Assembly (NCBI GenBank): GCA_015058275.1
Contig: SVCQ01000002.1
Span: 52,902 to 116,901, forward strand
Length of the DNA: 64,000 bases
DNA from: Clostridiales bacterium
Lineage (GTDB): Bacteria; Bacillota; Clostridia; Peptostreptococcales; Anaerovoracaceae
Direction: 5' to 3'
Positions within the stretch are counted from its first letter, which is position 1, and every line of letters begins with the position of its first letter. Of this stretch, positions 10,001 through 17,473 are shown piece by piece. Made by a program: the position numbers and the translations under genes. The notes beneath the pieces were generated by a model. It made no database searches. It worked only from the letters and a program-made list of their open reading frames with translations, and was not told where the DNA came from.

Positions 10001-10433
10001 AGGCTTTGTATATGACGACAAGCCTAAGACCGTCACACTCACAGGAGTGCCTGATGACGTCGAGATCGTATATGTCGACAACAGCAAGATCAATGCCGGC
10101 ACATACACCGCAAGGGCCAGGACGATCTACGACACAAGGAACTGCGAGATCGACAAGATCCCTGAACTGAGATGGAGGATCGAAAAGGCGACTTACGACA
10201 CATCCGGGGCTTACTGGACCTACGAGAAGCCGTTCAGATATGACGGTAACGAGAAGAGCATAGTCCTCAAGGGAGTGCCTGATTCCATCGCTGTCAGATA
10301 CAGGGACAACAAGGCTTCGGCCATCGGTACATACACAGCCAAGGCATATCTGACATATGACAGCGACAACTATGAGGCTCCTGAGATCGAGACGACTATC
10401 GACTGGGCTATCATAGGGAAGGAAGTCGAATAG
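4044..10433 (+). CDS. giant repeat protein: DUF285/BspA-like LRR + Listeria-Bacteroides-type repeat + 23 tandem MBG (YDG-type) repeats
   Basis: The N-terminus carries MFxGCxxL / DxSxFDT motifs. One FVSWNTDADAKGRFYPPG...LELYAVWA unit follows. After that, the unit YDMSxVxWDY..FxYDGxEKxVxLxGLPEGV..xYxxNxAxNAGxYxA...D..NY..P....CxWxIxKA is repeated 23 times, counted by eye. GGAAGGGA lies about 9 nt upstream of the ATG. Confidence 0.9.
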   Translation: MDNNFVKVGKWGECLWGINENGELFINEGRAESLEDGSPWAEVASSVVTANTIGTVTFPDGASLAGLFKGCKNMANADLSGFVTDNVRDMSSMFEGCANLKGLDISSFDTHRCSNMKKMFSQCTKLSEILLGQEFSTSGDGSTSCDKLAIKEYGKYRRGKPIAVEGFKVTYHSNLGDGRSDERRTSPGIKYIIEHPMFNAPSDRASFVSWNTDADAKGRFYPPGRSIEDLDEDLELYAVWAWAPVIKKQPHIRPFTFGEKIPFELPEIESKNDPEVTGYLEISKTGKEGTWHAIDHNTVLPVAFNGYLLRLHAANSVGETVSDPVKLNIKKATIDVSGIRWAEEDNMVYDGTPKEVHIEGLPDSIQPKYEGNVATNAGTYTASFAFVFDRNNFNEPIVIREHEWTIRKATLDMSAVRWDYSGAFTYDGSVREVKLTGLPEGVTAIYENNSASDAGIYTATVTLNYDFENYEKPADIVPCVWEIRKAVIDASSIRWSGYRDFVYDGSPKSVRIVNLPEDAAVEYDGADETLAGKYLARANFKGNYTTNAPAEYEWEIAKKHYDLSGTQWSEVREFSYDGQPHGIVLTGLPEQLEVRYSGNVGVSAGRYTARAVFVNPDTHNYVTPEDATIQWQITKKIVDMSGVHWDYQGPFTYDGEAKSVMLKGLPEGIGADYENFMAFDAGEYNARAILRYDEDNLEVAWPSDCQWRINKSRIDVSGVYWDYTDAFTYNGNKHAVYLAGLPEGLSVDYTDNVKTETGTYVASATLTPIDAANFEVPEVNGCVWTIRKADCEIEGLVWTDCSGFVYDGREKTVRIESDLGDMIKVDYEDNVAVNAGRYYSKAIFTLFDDSNLNPPKPAGYSWSIAKARYDMSQVVWDYENAFTYDGSEKSVRLLNVPEGIIVSYRNASAKDAGDYTAVAQFEVQDENNYETSIPDMVLDWSIRKAVFDMSGVKWQGSKEYAYDGEIKGEDLRLVGLPDGITPEYIDSTAVVAGEYTAKANLIYDEKNYEKPEVAGCHWVIAKSPLDLSTVRWDYEEPFVYDGSEKRVSVSEPPKGSRIEYSNACASQAGTYVAAADIIPDDDNNRIKGRLDNLTWRIERGHYDMSHAHWDYEKPFVYDGSENRVVIKGLPEGVTPYYKGNTATNAGHYTASVSFTVADEHNYNVPEMEDLEWTINKADYDMSSAAWDYEGEITYTGNVHEVMLRGLPDGVRAIYSGNTAANTGSYEASAELIPYDPDNFNKPHVDNCSWKIVKADYEMSAVRWDYTASKRFNGREQCVLLEHLPNGVTAVYEGNEAVNVGSYTASAQLMVADPDNYNIPSVSDCDWEITRAEYDLSKVEWDYEDGKFVFDGGVKTVTLDNIPRGLEVSYIGNSASIAGDYLATANFTSVDNNYETPASISIPWRIEQAVYDMRRVEWDYTECFTYDGLPKRVELRGLPVGINVDYTDNSAIDTGVYTATARFSTESDNYSTPDEMTCTWEIGKADVDIRKVAWDYSQSFVYDGTDRKVELRNVPDQLEVTYSGNVASEAGEYLAHATLTPLRPDNYNTPIVRDCVWTIEKANYDMSDARWDGEFEYTYDGREKGVSITGLPEGVTPVYHDNVATEAGSYVASATFKCDTANYNVPEIGVCRWKIRKAVYDMSNAAWYAEDRIVYDGTEKSIKLRGYPEGLTPYYKGNTAVNAGEYEASVEFGYDENNYYKPTFGGCKWHIAPADINVDLSKVRWTYDEPFVYDGDVKSVVIAETSDDVGFMDKLRGRSPEMRLTGIPEGFEVVYSNNSASQVGVYYAGAKLISINDTENFNEYDLPKFRWEIVKAKVDMSHVRWNYEDAFVYDGTEKSVELIGLPETVDVTYTDNSGVDAGDHEALAMIEVKDPHNYETPRPVSGCWWQISKASYDMSQVRWTYDDDIVYNGKEKTVRVTGLPEGVRIENYRGNKGIEAGSYTAEAILRYQNKDNFEEPVIPALKWRIRKKKIDISEIAWNYDETTGFVYDDKPKTVTLTGVPDDVEIVYVDNSKINAGTYTARARTIYDTRNCEIDKIPELRWRIEKATYDTSGAYWTYEKPFRYDGNEKSIVLKGVPDSIAVRYRDNKASAIGTYTAKAYLTYDSDNYEAPEIETTIDWAIIGKEVE
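5034..10430 (+). repeat. 23 tandem ~234-nt coding repeats (diverged) inside the giant CDS
   Basis: Unit boundaries recur at I(K/R/A)KA...D(M/V/L)S..(R/H/V)W. The copies are diverged at nucleotide level. Confidence 0.85.
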
Positions 10434-11693
10434 TTGAACGGATATCTTATAGCCATAATCGCACTGACGCTGTGCTCGACGTTCTTTTCGGCCACGGAGA
10501 CCGCGTTCTCATCGGCCAACAAGATCAAGCTCAAGAACATGGCGGCAGACGACAATAAAAGAGCTGCGCATGCGCTCGCGCTGGCAGAGGATTTCGACAG
10601 ACTTATCACCGCGGTGCTGGTAGGCAACACGGTGTCCAACATCACCATGACATCGGTTGCGACCGTATACGGCATCACCATCTGGGGAGCCAGGATAGGC
10701 CCGACGATCGCGACCGTGATGGTGACTCTGCTCGTACTCATACTCGGCGAGATCACACCTAAGATCATCGCCAGAGAGTACGCGGAGGAGGCAGCGCTTC
10801 TGCTGACGCCTTTGGTGCGCGCTCTCATTTTGGTGCTCACGCCGGTCACCTTCGTGTTCAACGGACTCAAGGTGCTGATCAAAAAGGCCGTGGGCAAGAA
10901 CGAAGAGCCGGAGTTCTCCGAGGATGAGCTTCTCACCATAGTTGAGGAGGCTGAGGCCGGCGGAGCCATAGGCGAGGAGCAGAGCGAGCTCATCGCCAAC
11001 GCCATCGAATTCAACGACATAGAAGCCATAGACATACTGACTCCGAGGGTGGACATAGTCGCCGTCGAGAGGGGCACTCCGGTCGCAGAGATCAAGCAGG
11101 TGTTCAAAGAGTCGGGACTGTCGAGGCTTCCTGTATATGAAGACGATCTCGACAACATCATCGGCGTGATCAATCAGAAGGACCTTTATAACAACAACAT
11201 CAAGACGATAAAGGACACCGAAAAGATCATCAAGCCGGTCGCTTATGTTGCGGAGACTCTCAAGGCAGCCGTTCTCCTCAAAAAGATGCAGGCCAAGAGG
11301 ACACACATCGCCATAGTAGTCGACGAGTACGGCGGCACTACAGGTCTTGTCACACTCGAGGACATCATCGAGGAGATAGTCGGAGATATCTACGACGAGC
11401 ATGATACCGTGACATCCAAGGATGTCAGGCGTGCAGGGCCGGATACATACATGGTCGCAGGAGGAGCCAATCTTGAGGATTTCTTTGAGATGTTCGGAGA
11501 GGAGATCGAGGCCGATGCGACAACGGTCAACGGCTGGGTGATGATAGAACTCGACAGGCTCCCTAAGGCAGGAGACCAGTTCGAATACGCTTCAAAGCAC
11601 AAGCTCTTCCACGTCAAGGTCACCAAGGCAGATGCGAGGCGCGCGCTTATGACCCGCATCCGCGTCGAGGACAGACCTGAGGATGACGATTAA
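10434..11693 (+). CDS. CNNM/CorC-type membrane protein (DUF21 + CBS pair + CorC_HlyC), 'hemolysin family'
   Basis: N-terminal DUF21 TM block ([11 protein letters not shown]), CBS region (TPRVDIVAV..., [28 protein letters not shown]) and a CorC C-terminal domain. The TTG start directly abuts the preceding stop. Confidence 0.85.
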   Translation: MNGYLIAIIALTLCSTFFSATETAFSSANKIKLKNMAADDNKRAAHALALAEDFDRLITAVLVGNTVSNITMTSVATVYGITIWGARIGPTIATVMVTLLVLILGEITPKIIAREYAEEAALLLTPLVRALILVLTPVTFVFNGLKVLIKKAVGKNEEPEFSEDELLTIVEEAEAGGAIGEEQSELIANAIEFNDIEAIDILTPRVDIVAVERGTPVAEIKQVFKESGLSRLPVYEDDLDNIIGVINQKDLYNNNIKTIKDTEKIIKPVAYVAETLKAAVLLKKMQAKRTHIAIVVDEYGGTTGLVTLEDIIEEIVGDIYDEHDTVTSKDVRRAGPDTYMVAGGANLEDFFEMFGEEIEADATTVNGWVMIELDRLPKAGDQFEYASKHKLFHVKVTKADARRALMTRIRVEDRPEDDD

Positions 11694-11722
11694 CATACAG
11701 CAACGAAAGGAAATTTACAGAA

Positions 11723-14482
11723 ATGGGTTTGAAGGAAAAGATCTTCGGAGATCTTAACGCCAAGGAAGTAAGAAAGATAGAAAAGATAGTCGACGTCGTC
11801 GAGTCGTATGACGAGGCGATGCAGGCGCTGTCTGACGATGAGCTCAGAGCCAAGACGGCCGAGTTCAGAGAGAGGCTCGCTGAGGGCGAGACGCTCGACG
11901 ATCTCCTGCCTGAGGCATTCGCGGTATGCCGCGAGGCCGCATGGAGGAGCCTCGGCATGAAGCACTTCAGAGTGCAGCTCATCGGAGGAGTCGTGCTCCA
12001 TCAGGGCAGGATCTCCGAGATGAAGACAGGTGAAGGTAAGACTCTCGTGGCTACCCTGCCTGCCTATCTCAATGCGCTCGAGGGCCGCGGCGTACACGTC
12101 GTGACCGTCAATGACTACCTCGCAAAGCGTGACGCGGAGTGGATGGGCAAGCTCTATACATTCCTCGGCCTCAAGGTCGGCTGCGTCATTCACGCCGTCG
12201 AGGGACCTGCCAGACACGAGCAGTACATGGCGGACATCACGTACGGAACCAACAACGAGTTCGGTTTTGACTATCTGAGAGACAACATGGTCACATACAA
12301 GGAGGAGCTCACACAGAGAGAACTCAACTATGCGATCGTGGACGAGGTCGACTCCATCCTCATCGATGAGGCCAGGACCCCGCTCATCATTTCCGGCAGA
12401 GGCGTTGATTCAAGCGCCATGTACAGGAACGCGAACTCCTTTGTCAAGACACTGACCGAAGGCGCAGACTATAAAGTCGAGGAGAAGGACAATCAGATAT
12501 CCCTCACCGACGAGGGTGTCAGGATCTGCGAGGACTACTTCAAGATCGAGAACTTCTCGGACCCGGACAACATGGAACTCAACCACTACGTCAATCAGGC
12601 TCTGAGAGCCAACTACCTCATGAAGAGAGACGTAGACTACATCGTCAAGGACGGCGAGATCCTCATCGTAGATGAGTTCACCGGACGTCTGATGTACGGC
12701 AGGAGATTCTCCAACGGACTCCACCAGGCCATCGAGGCCAAGGAAGGCGTCAAGGTCAGATCCGAGTCCAAGACTCTCGCTACCATCACACTCCAGAACT
12801 ACTTCAGGATGTACAACAAGCTCGCCGGAATGACCGGTACAGCCAAGACCGAGGAAGACGAGTTCAGAGACATCTACAACATGGACGTTGTGGTCATCCC
12901 GACCAACAAGCCTGTTATAAGAAACGACATGGACGATTCCGTATATGGTCATCAGTCAAGCAAATACAAGGCCATAGTCAACAGAGTGGCCGAGGCTCAC
13001 GAGACGGGACAGCCTGTACTGGTAGGTACCATCTCGATCGAGATATCCGAGCTCATCTCCGGCATGCTCAAAAAGCGCGGCATCAAGCACAACGTGCTGA
13101 ACGCCAAGCACCACGAGCAGGAGGCGGGCATCGTTGCTGAGGCGGGACGCCTCGGAGCGGTCACCATCGCGACCAACATGGCCGGCCGTGGTACGGACAT
13201 CATCCTGGGCGGCAACCCTGAGTTCGAGGCCCGCAGACAGATGGCCAAGGAGGAGTACACTCCTGAGCAGATCTCTTTCGCGACAGGCTTTGAGAAGTCC
13301 GACGATCCTGAGCTTAACGCAGCAAGGGCGAGGTTCCACGAGCTTCACGAGCAGATCAAGGCTGAGAGAGCCCCTGAGCAGGAGAAGGTCAAGGAGCTCG
13401 GAGGTCTTTGCATCATAGGTACAGAGAGACACGAGTCGAGACGTATCGACAACCAGCTCAGAGGACGTTCCGGACGTCAGGGCGACCCTGGTAATACACA
13501 GTTCTTCATCTCGCTTGAGGATGACCTGATGAGACTCTTCGGTGGAGACAGGATGAAGGGCATGCTCGAGAGGATAGGCATCGACGAGGATTCGCCGCTC
13601 GAGGCGGGCATGCTGTCGAGGTCCATCGAGAGCGCACAAAAGAAGGTCGAGGGCAAGAACTTCGGCATACGTAAATACGTACTCCAGTACGACAACGTAA
13701 TGAACAAGCAGCGCGAGATCATCTACGATCAGAGACGCATGGTGCTTGACGGAGAGGACGTATCCGAATACATCCGCAACATGACCTACGAGCTCATCGA
13801 CGGCATCATCGATCCGGTAGTGCTCGAGTCCAAGTTCCCTGAGGAGTGGGAGCTCGAAAGGATCACCGACGCTCTTGAACAGATCACTCCTAAATTCAAG
13901 GGCAGGCTCGAGATCGACGATGAGTACAGAGCCGGCCTCGACGAGCAAAAGCTCAGAGACGATATCAAGAACATCTTCGACAAGCTCTACGAGGAGAAGG
14001 AAGCCGAGATCGGATCCGAGCAGATGAGAGAGGTCGAGCGCATGATCCTCCTCCGCGTTGTGGACAACCGCTGGATGGATCACATCGACGCGATGGATCA
14101 GCTCAAGGACGGTATCGGACTTCGCGGCATCGGCCAGCAGGATCCGGCAGTCGCCTACGCACAGGAAGGCTTTGCGATGTTCGAGGAGATGGTCGCAGAC
14201 ATCCGCGAGGAGACTGTCAAGTTCTGCTACAACGTGACCGTCACGACCAACACTCAGAGACGCAACGTGGTAAGCGGCAGGACTTCTGCTTCCAAGGACG
14301 AGTACAAGGACGATGCTACGGCTCAGCAGGGCGGAGGCTCGATGCCTTCGGCAGCTCCAAAGGCCGACAAGACAGGCAAGCAGGAGACCGTAAGGCGCGA
14401 CATGCCTAAGGTGGGCAGGAACGATCCATGCCCATGCGGCTCCGGCAAGAAGTACAAGAACTGCTGCGGACGCAATGTATAA
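11723..14482 (+). CDS. secA: preprotein translocase ATPase SecA
   Basis: [43 protein letters not shown], and C-terminal zinc finger [14 protein letters not shown]. Confidence 0.97.
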   Translation: MGLKEKIFGDLNAKEVRKIEKIVDVVESYDEAMQALSDDELRAKTAEFRERLAEGETLDDLLPEAFAVCREAAWRSLGMKHFRVQLIGGVVLHQGRISEMKTGEGKTLVATLPAYLNALEGRGVHVVTVNDYLAKRDAEWMGKLYTFLGLKVGCVIHAVEGPARHEQYMADITYGTNNEFGFDYLRDNMVTYKEELTQRELNYAIVDEVDSILIDEARTPLIISGRGVDSSAMYRNANSFVKTLTEGADYKVEEKDNQISLTDEGVRICEDYFKIENFSDPDNMELNHYVNQALRANYLMKRDVDYIVKDGEILIVDEFTGRLMYGRRFSNGLHQAIEAKEGVKVRSESKTLATITLQNYFRMYNKLAGMTGTAKTEEDEFRDIYNMDVVVIPTNKPVIRNDMDDSVYGHQSSKYKAIVNRVAEAHETGQPVLVGTISIEISELISGMLKKRGIKHNVLNAKHHEQEAGIVAEAGRLGAVTIATNMAGRGTDIILGGNPEFEARRQMAKEEYTPEQISFATGFEKSDDPELNAARARFHELHEQIKAERAPEQEKVKELGGLCIIGTERHESRRIDNQLRGRSGRQGDPGNTQFFISLEDDLMRLFGGDRMKGMLERIGIDEDSPLEAGMLSRSIESAQKKVEGKNFGIRKYVLQYDNVMNKQREIIYDQRRMVLDGEDVSEYIRNMTYELIDGIIDPVVLESKFPEEWELERITDALEQITPKFKGRLEIDDEYRAGLDEQKLRDDIKNIFDKLYEEKEAEIGSEQMREVERMILLRVVDNRWMDHIDAMDQLKDGIGLRGIGQQDPAVAYAQEGFAMFEEMVADIREETVKFCYNVTVTTNTQRRNVVSGRTSASKDEYKDDATAQQGGGSMPSAAPKADKTGKQETVRRDMPKVGRNDPCPCGSGKKYKNCCGRNV

Positions 14483-14658
14483 CAGACGCCGGATGTCCCC
14501 CGCCTCAACGGAGTAGGCGGCTGGTTCCATATTCGATCGTCAGTGGCGGGTCACAATCCCCGACTGACGATCTCATGAGCTGAAGCTCCCGTCGTCTGTT
14601 GACGGCGTCGCTCGCTCCAACCAAGCGAGCTTGATGGAGCTTCGCTCCTGGTTGAAAG
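14477..14658 (+). repeat. ~182-nt structured repeat, copy A (candidate ncRNA or non-autonomous element)
   Basis: Starts GTATAACAGACGCCGG, overlapping the secA stop (TAA 14480-14482). Contains a 10-bp hairpin GATCGTCAGT/ACTGACGATC, a hairpin GCTCGCT/AGCGAGC, and long-range ACAGACG/CGTCTGT and GAAGCTCC/GGAGCTTC complementarity. Nearly identical to copy B. Confidence 0.85.
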
Positions 14659-14674
14659 CATATGATATTCTGAA

Positions 14675-14696
14675 AGCGCCTCTCCGGGGGCGTTTT
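14675..14696 (+). terminator. weak terminator-like hairpin after repeat copy A
   Basis: Short stem CGCC (14677-14680) / GGCG (14689-14692) with flanking A-T and G-T pairs, then TTTT (14693-14696). Confidence 0.35.
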
Positions 14697-14727
14697 CCTG
14701 TGCCCTCCCTAAAGGCGGGATAATTGT

Positions 14728-14756
14728 TTGACCGCCCATTGGTCATGGGATAGAAT
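14728..14756 (+). promoter_or_regulatory. sigma-A type promoter between the two repeat copies
   Basis: TTGACC (14728-14733), 17-nt spacer, TAGAAT (14751-14756). It would place repeat copy B in the 5' leader of the LemA-like/DUF2207 genes. Confidence 0.55.
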
Positions 14757-14795
14757 ATGTGTGTATGGAATGAATGATCCCGCTTGGGGTCAGAA

Positions 14796-14977
14796 GTATA
14801 ACAGACGCCGGATGTCCCCCGCCTCAACGGAGTAGGCGGCGGGTTCCATATTCGATCGTCAGTGGCGGGTCACAATCCCCGACTGACGATCTCATGAGCT
14901 GAAGCTCCCGTCGTCTGTTGACGGTGTCGCTCGCTCCAACCAAGCGAGCTTGATGGAGCTTCGCTCCTGGTTGAAAG
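14796..14977 (+). repeat. ~182-nt structured repeat, copy B
   Basis: Differs from copy A at only two positions by eye, with an offset of 319 nt. It ends 12 nt before the LemA-like start codon. Confidence 0.85.
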
Positions 14978-14989
14978 AAAGGACAAGCC

Positions 14990-15268
14990 ATGGCAGTAGT
15001 TATCATTATTCTGGCAGCGATAGCGGCGTTCATCGCTTTTTCGTACAATTCGCTTACGAAGGACAAAAACCGCATCGAACTTGCCCAGGTAGAGCTCAGG
15101 AAGTACGAAGAGGCCGGTGATCCAAAGGACATCGATAACGCGAGGAAGTACTATGCTGCAGTGCTCAGAGACTACAACACCAAGGTCGAGAGGTTCCCGA
15201 CCAGTCTCATAGCTGAGCTCTTCAATTTCCCGAAGATGCACACAGACGACTTTGACGAGGGACTATAG
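14990..15268 (+). CDS. short LemA-like membrane protein (92 aa)
   Basis: N-terminal TM plus YNSL motif, and a C-terminal ARKYY..DYNTKVERFPTSLIAELFNF motif typical of LemA. The central ~90 residues of ordinary LemA are absent. It is followed by a DUF2207 gene, the usual LemA partner. Confidence 0.6.
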   Translation: MAVVIIILAAIAAFIAFSYNSLTKDKNRIELAQVELRKYEEAGDPKDIDNARKYYAAVLRDYNTKVERFPTSLIAELFNFPKMHTDDFDEGL

Positions 15269-15374
15269 ACCTGTCATCTGAATGAGATCCTAAATGCTTT
15301 CTTCATTCATAACGGCGTTGCCGTAATGATGAAAGCATTGATCTTCGGAGGCTGAGCTCCTTCGATAACTGCTA

Positions 15375-15496
15375 CGCTCAGGATGACCTGTCATTCTGAG
15401 GAGCGCAGCGACGAAGAATCCCGAAGCGCAGCGACGAAGAATCTCGAAGCGCAGCGACGAGGAATCCCGAAGCGCAGCGACGAAGAATCCCGAAGG
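15375..15496. repeat. palindromic repeat family copy with a 4x 23-nt tandem expansion
   Basis: CGCTCAGGATGACC-TGTCATTCTGAGGAGCGCAGCGACGAAGAATCCC, then GAAGCGCAGCGACGA(A/G)GAATC(C/T)C repeated (units about 15401-15422, 15423-15445, 15446-15468, 15469-15491). The array runs directly into the GAAGGAGG ribosome-binding site of the next gene. Confidence 0.85.
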
Positions 15497-15506
15497 AGGA
15501 GTCAAT

Positions 15507-17432
15507 ATGAATCGCAACAATAACAAACACGGCCCACTCTCGCGCATAGCGGCTGTACTCGGCATCCTTGCAGTCGTGTTCTTCATGGCGCCGCGTGTGT
15601 CCGGGCCGGCTATAGCTGACGACAACACGATGTACACGCCGGTGTATAACGTCACGGTCGATGTATCCGAGGACAACTCGTACGACTACCACGAGCACCT
15701 CGGCATGTACTATGTGACGCCTCACCATGGTATCTACAGGTATCTGCCAAAGCAGGGCCAGAAGATCAGCGGCATCAAAGTGCCGGGCTACGACTTCGAG
15801 ACATATACCGACAGCGGCTACGAAGTGGTCAAGATCGGCAGCGGCAGCTACACCCTCACGGGTGACAACGAGTACGATATCTACTACAGGATCGCCATGT
15901 ATGAGGACGAGAATTCCGACATGGACATGCTGCTTCTCAACCTCATCCCGACCGACTGGGAGACGGGCATAGAGAAGGCTGAGATGACGGTCAATCTGCC
16001 TAAGGAAGCTGACCTCAGCAAGGTGCAGGTCTACTCCGGCAGCTACGGGACCGAAGGCAATGAGGACAACGCCGAGCTCAAAACGGGCGAGGACGGCAAG
16101 ACCATCAAAATCACGGCGAGCGATCTGCCGGCACACCACGGAGTGACCATGACGCTCGAGCTTCCTCAGGGCTACTGGGTAGGCGCTCCTGAATTCGGCA
16201 AGCTCAGCATCCCTGTCATGATGCTCTTCCTGCTCGGACCTATCGGAGCGGCAGTGCTCTGGTATCTCTTCGGCAGAGACAAGCACATGGTCAAGACCCT
16301 CGAATTCTATCCTCCGGATGATCTGACTCCGGGCGAGATCGGATACCTCGTGGACGGCAGGGCCGACAAGCAGGACGTCATATCCTCCATCGTATATCTC
16401 GCGGACAAGGGGTATATCGAGATCGAGGAGGTCGACCGCAAGAGATTCAAGTTCATCGCGCTGGATTCCCCGGGAGATGAAGTACCGGCATACATAAGGT
16501 CCATATTCAAGGGCATATTCCCTGACAACAAGACCGAGAGATACAGCGATTCCCTCGGCGTCACATTCGGCAGGAAGTACCAGCAGTCCATCGAGCAGCT
16601 CCAGAGGATGTTCTCCGGCAAGAAGGCTATCACAAGGCCGGATTCGATCATGGCCAGATGGGCATGCGCCATCGCTGCGGTGGTGCCGTCTGTAGCCTTC
16701 ATCACATGGGCCAGCCTCAACGGGGTGGACGACGGAATGGGTGTCGTGTGGTGCGGCCTGCATGTACTGGCTTCCGTATGGCTGATGTGCTCGGTATACG
16801 ACAATATCCGCAGCACATCCAAGGTAAAGACAGTGCTCAAGAGCCTCGGAGCGATATGGTTCTATTCCATGGGCGTTGCGATCGTCCCGCTCATGTATTC
16901 GGATTCGCTCTCGCTGCTCGACAGGCCTAAGGCGGTTGCGATCGTGCTCTACCTCATGGTGGGCACTCTCGTGAGCATGTTCTTTGCGGTCATCTCGATC
17001 GCCAGGACAGACAGCTACACGGATATGCTCGGCAGGGTACTCGGCTTCAGAGACTTCATCAAGACGGCTGAGCTCGACAAGCTCAACGAGCTGGTGGAGC
17101 AGGACCCTGAGTACTTCTACCACATCATGCCTTACGCATATGTATTCGGCCTGAGCAATAAATGGATCAAGAACTTTGAGAACATACCTGTCGTCACTCC
17201 GAACTGGTACCGCGGTACCAGGAGGATGGACGCCTTCGACTACTACATGATGGGCCGCATGATGGGTGACTGCAGCGCAAGCGTAGGCAACCACATCGTC
17301 CTGCCGTCTTCAGGAGGCGGCGGAGGCTTCTCCGGAGGCGGCGGAGGCGGAAGCTGGAGCGGCGGTGGCGGCTTCAGCGGAGGCGGCTTCTCAGGCGGCG
17401 GTGCCGGAGGCGGCGGAGGCGGCGGCTGGTAG
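15507..17432 (+). CDS. DUF2207 domain membrane protein
   Basis: Signal/TM, an extracellular DUF2207-type N-domain (YxVxVDVSEDNSYDY.E....HGIYRYLP), multiple TMs and a Gly-rich tail GGGGFSGGGGGGSWSGGGG. Paired with LemA. Confidence 0.82.
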   Translation: MNRNNNKHGPLSRIAAVLGILAVVFFMAPRVSGPAIADDNTMYTPVYNVTVDVSEDNSYDYHEHLGMYYVTPHHGIYRYLPKQGQKISGIKVPGYDFETYTDSGYEVVKIGSGSYTLTGDNEYDIYYRIAMYEDENSDMDMLLLNLIPTDWETGIEKAEMTVNLPKEADLSKVQVYSGSYGTEGNEDNAELKTGEDGKTIKITASDLPAHHGVTMTLELPQGYWVGAPEFGKLSIPVMMLFLLGPIGAAVLWYLFGRDKHMVKTLEFYPPDDLTPGEIGYLVDGRADKQDVISSIVYLADKGYIEIEEVDRKRFKFIALDSPGDEVPAYIRSIFKGIFPDNKTERYSDSLGVTFGRKYQQSIEQLQRMFSGKKAITRPDSIMARWACAIAAVVPSVAFITWASLNGVDDGMGVVWCGLHVLASVWLMCSVYDNIRSTSKVKTVLKSLGAIWFYSMGVAIVPLMYSDSLSLLDRPKAVAIVLYLMVGTLVSMFFAVISIARTDSYTDMLGRVLGFRDFIKTAELDKLNELVEQDPEYFYHIMPYAYVFGLSNKWIKNFENIPVVTPNWYRGTRRMDAFDYYMMGRMMGDCSASVGNHIVLPSSGGGGGFSGGGGGGSWSGGGGFSGGGFSGGGAGGGGGGGW

Positions 17433-17473
17433 GCCTCGCGATATTTTCGCGCCCGGGTACGGCTCGCGCCTCG

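Noticed and set aside
12956-14530. 524-aa minus-strand ORF antisense to secA. Similar long antisense ORFs occur at 7239-8840, 18726-20210, 26432-27808, 39043-40329, 41348-43204, 58056-59228 and 61828-63018.
   Set aside because: Each lies entirely opposite a confidently identified plus-strand gene. Each has low-complexity composition and lacks start-site signals. I treat them as shadow ORFs.
14540-14560. tRNA T-arm-like GGG-TCACAAT-CCC in the loop of the 10-bp hairpin.
   Set aside because: There are only 3 bp, the loop deviates from the TTCRANY consensus, and no acceptor, D or anticodon arms can be drawn. It is not a tRNA or tmRNA.
14564-14590. Hammerhead-ribozyme-like CUGACGA ... GAAG core inside the 182-nt element.
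   Set aside because: The sequence after CUGACGA (CTCATGAG) cannot form a proper stem II. The CUGANGA box is also not conserved in copy C, where it reads CCGACGC.
14551-15241. Several 60-120-aa minus-strand ORFs across the 182-nt repeats (for example [11 protein letters not shown]...).
   Set aside because: They are duplicated only because the DNA repeat is duplicated. Reading frames are not preserved in the diverged copy C, and there are no translation signals.
15401-15491. Possible CRISPR array, given the regularly spaced direct repeats here and at 24780-24866.
   Set aside because: The units are directly adjacent, with no spacers. They are only 18-23 nt long, belong to the palindromic repeat family, and have no cas genes nearby.
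15378-17294. 638-aa ORF on the minus strand, antisense to the DUF2207 gene.
   Set aside because: It overlaps a plus-strand gene that has clear family motifs, an SD and operon context. Its composition is Arg/His/Val/Asp-rich and it has no recognisable motif or SD. Long antisense ORFs are expected in GC-biased coding DNA.
17310-17430. GGC/GGA-rich low-complexity DNA that looks like a simple-sequence repeat.
   Set aside because: It encodes the Gly-rich C-terminal tail (GGGGFSGGGGGGSW...) that is typical of DUF2207 proteins. It is not an independent repeat element.
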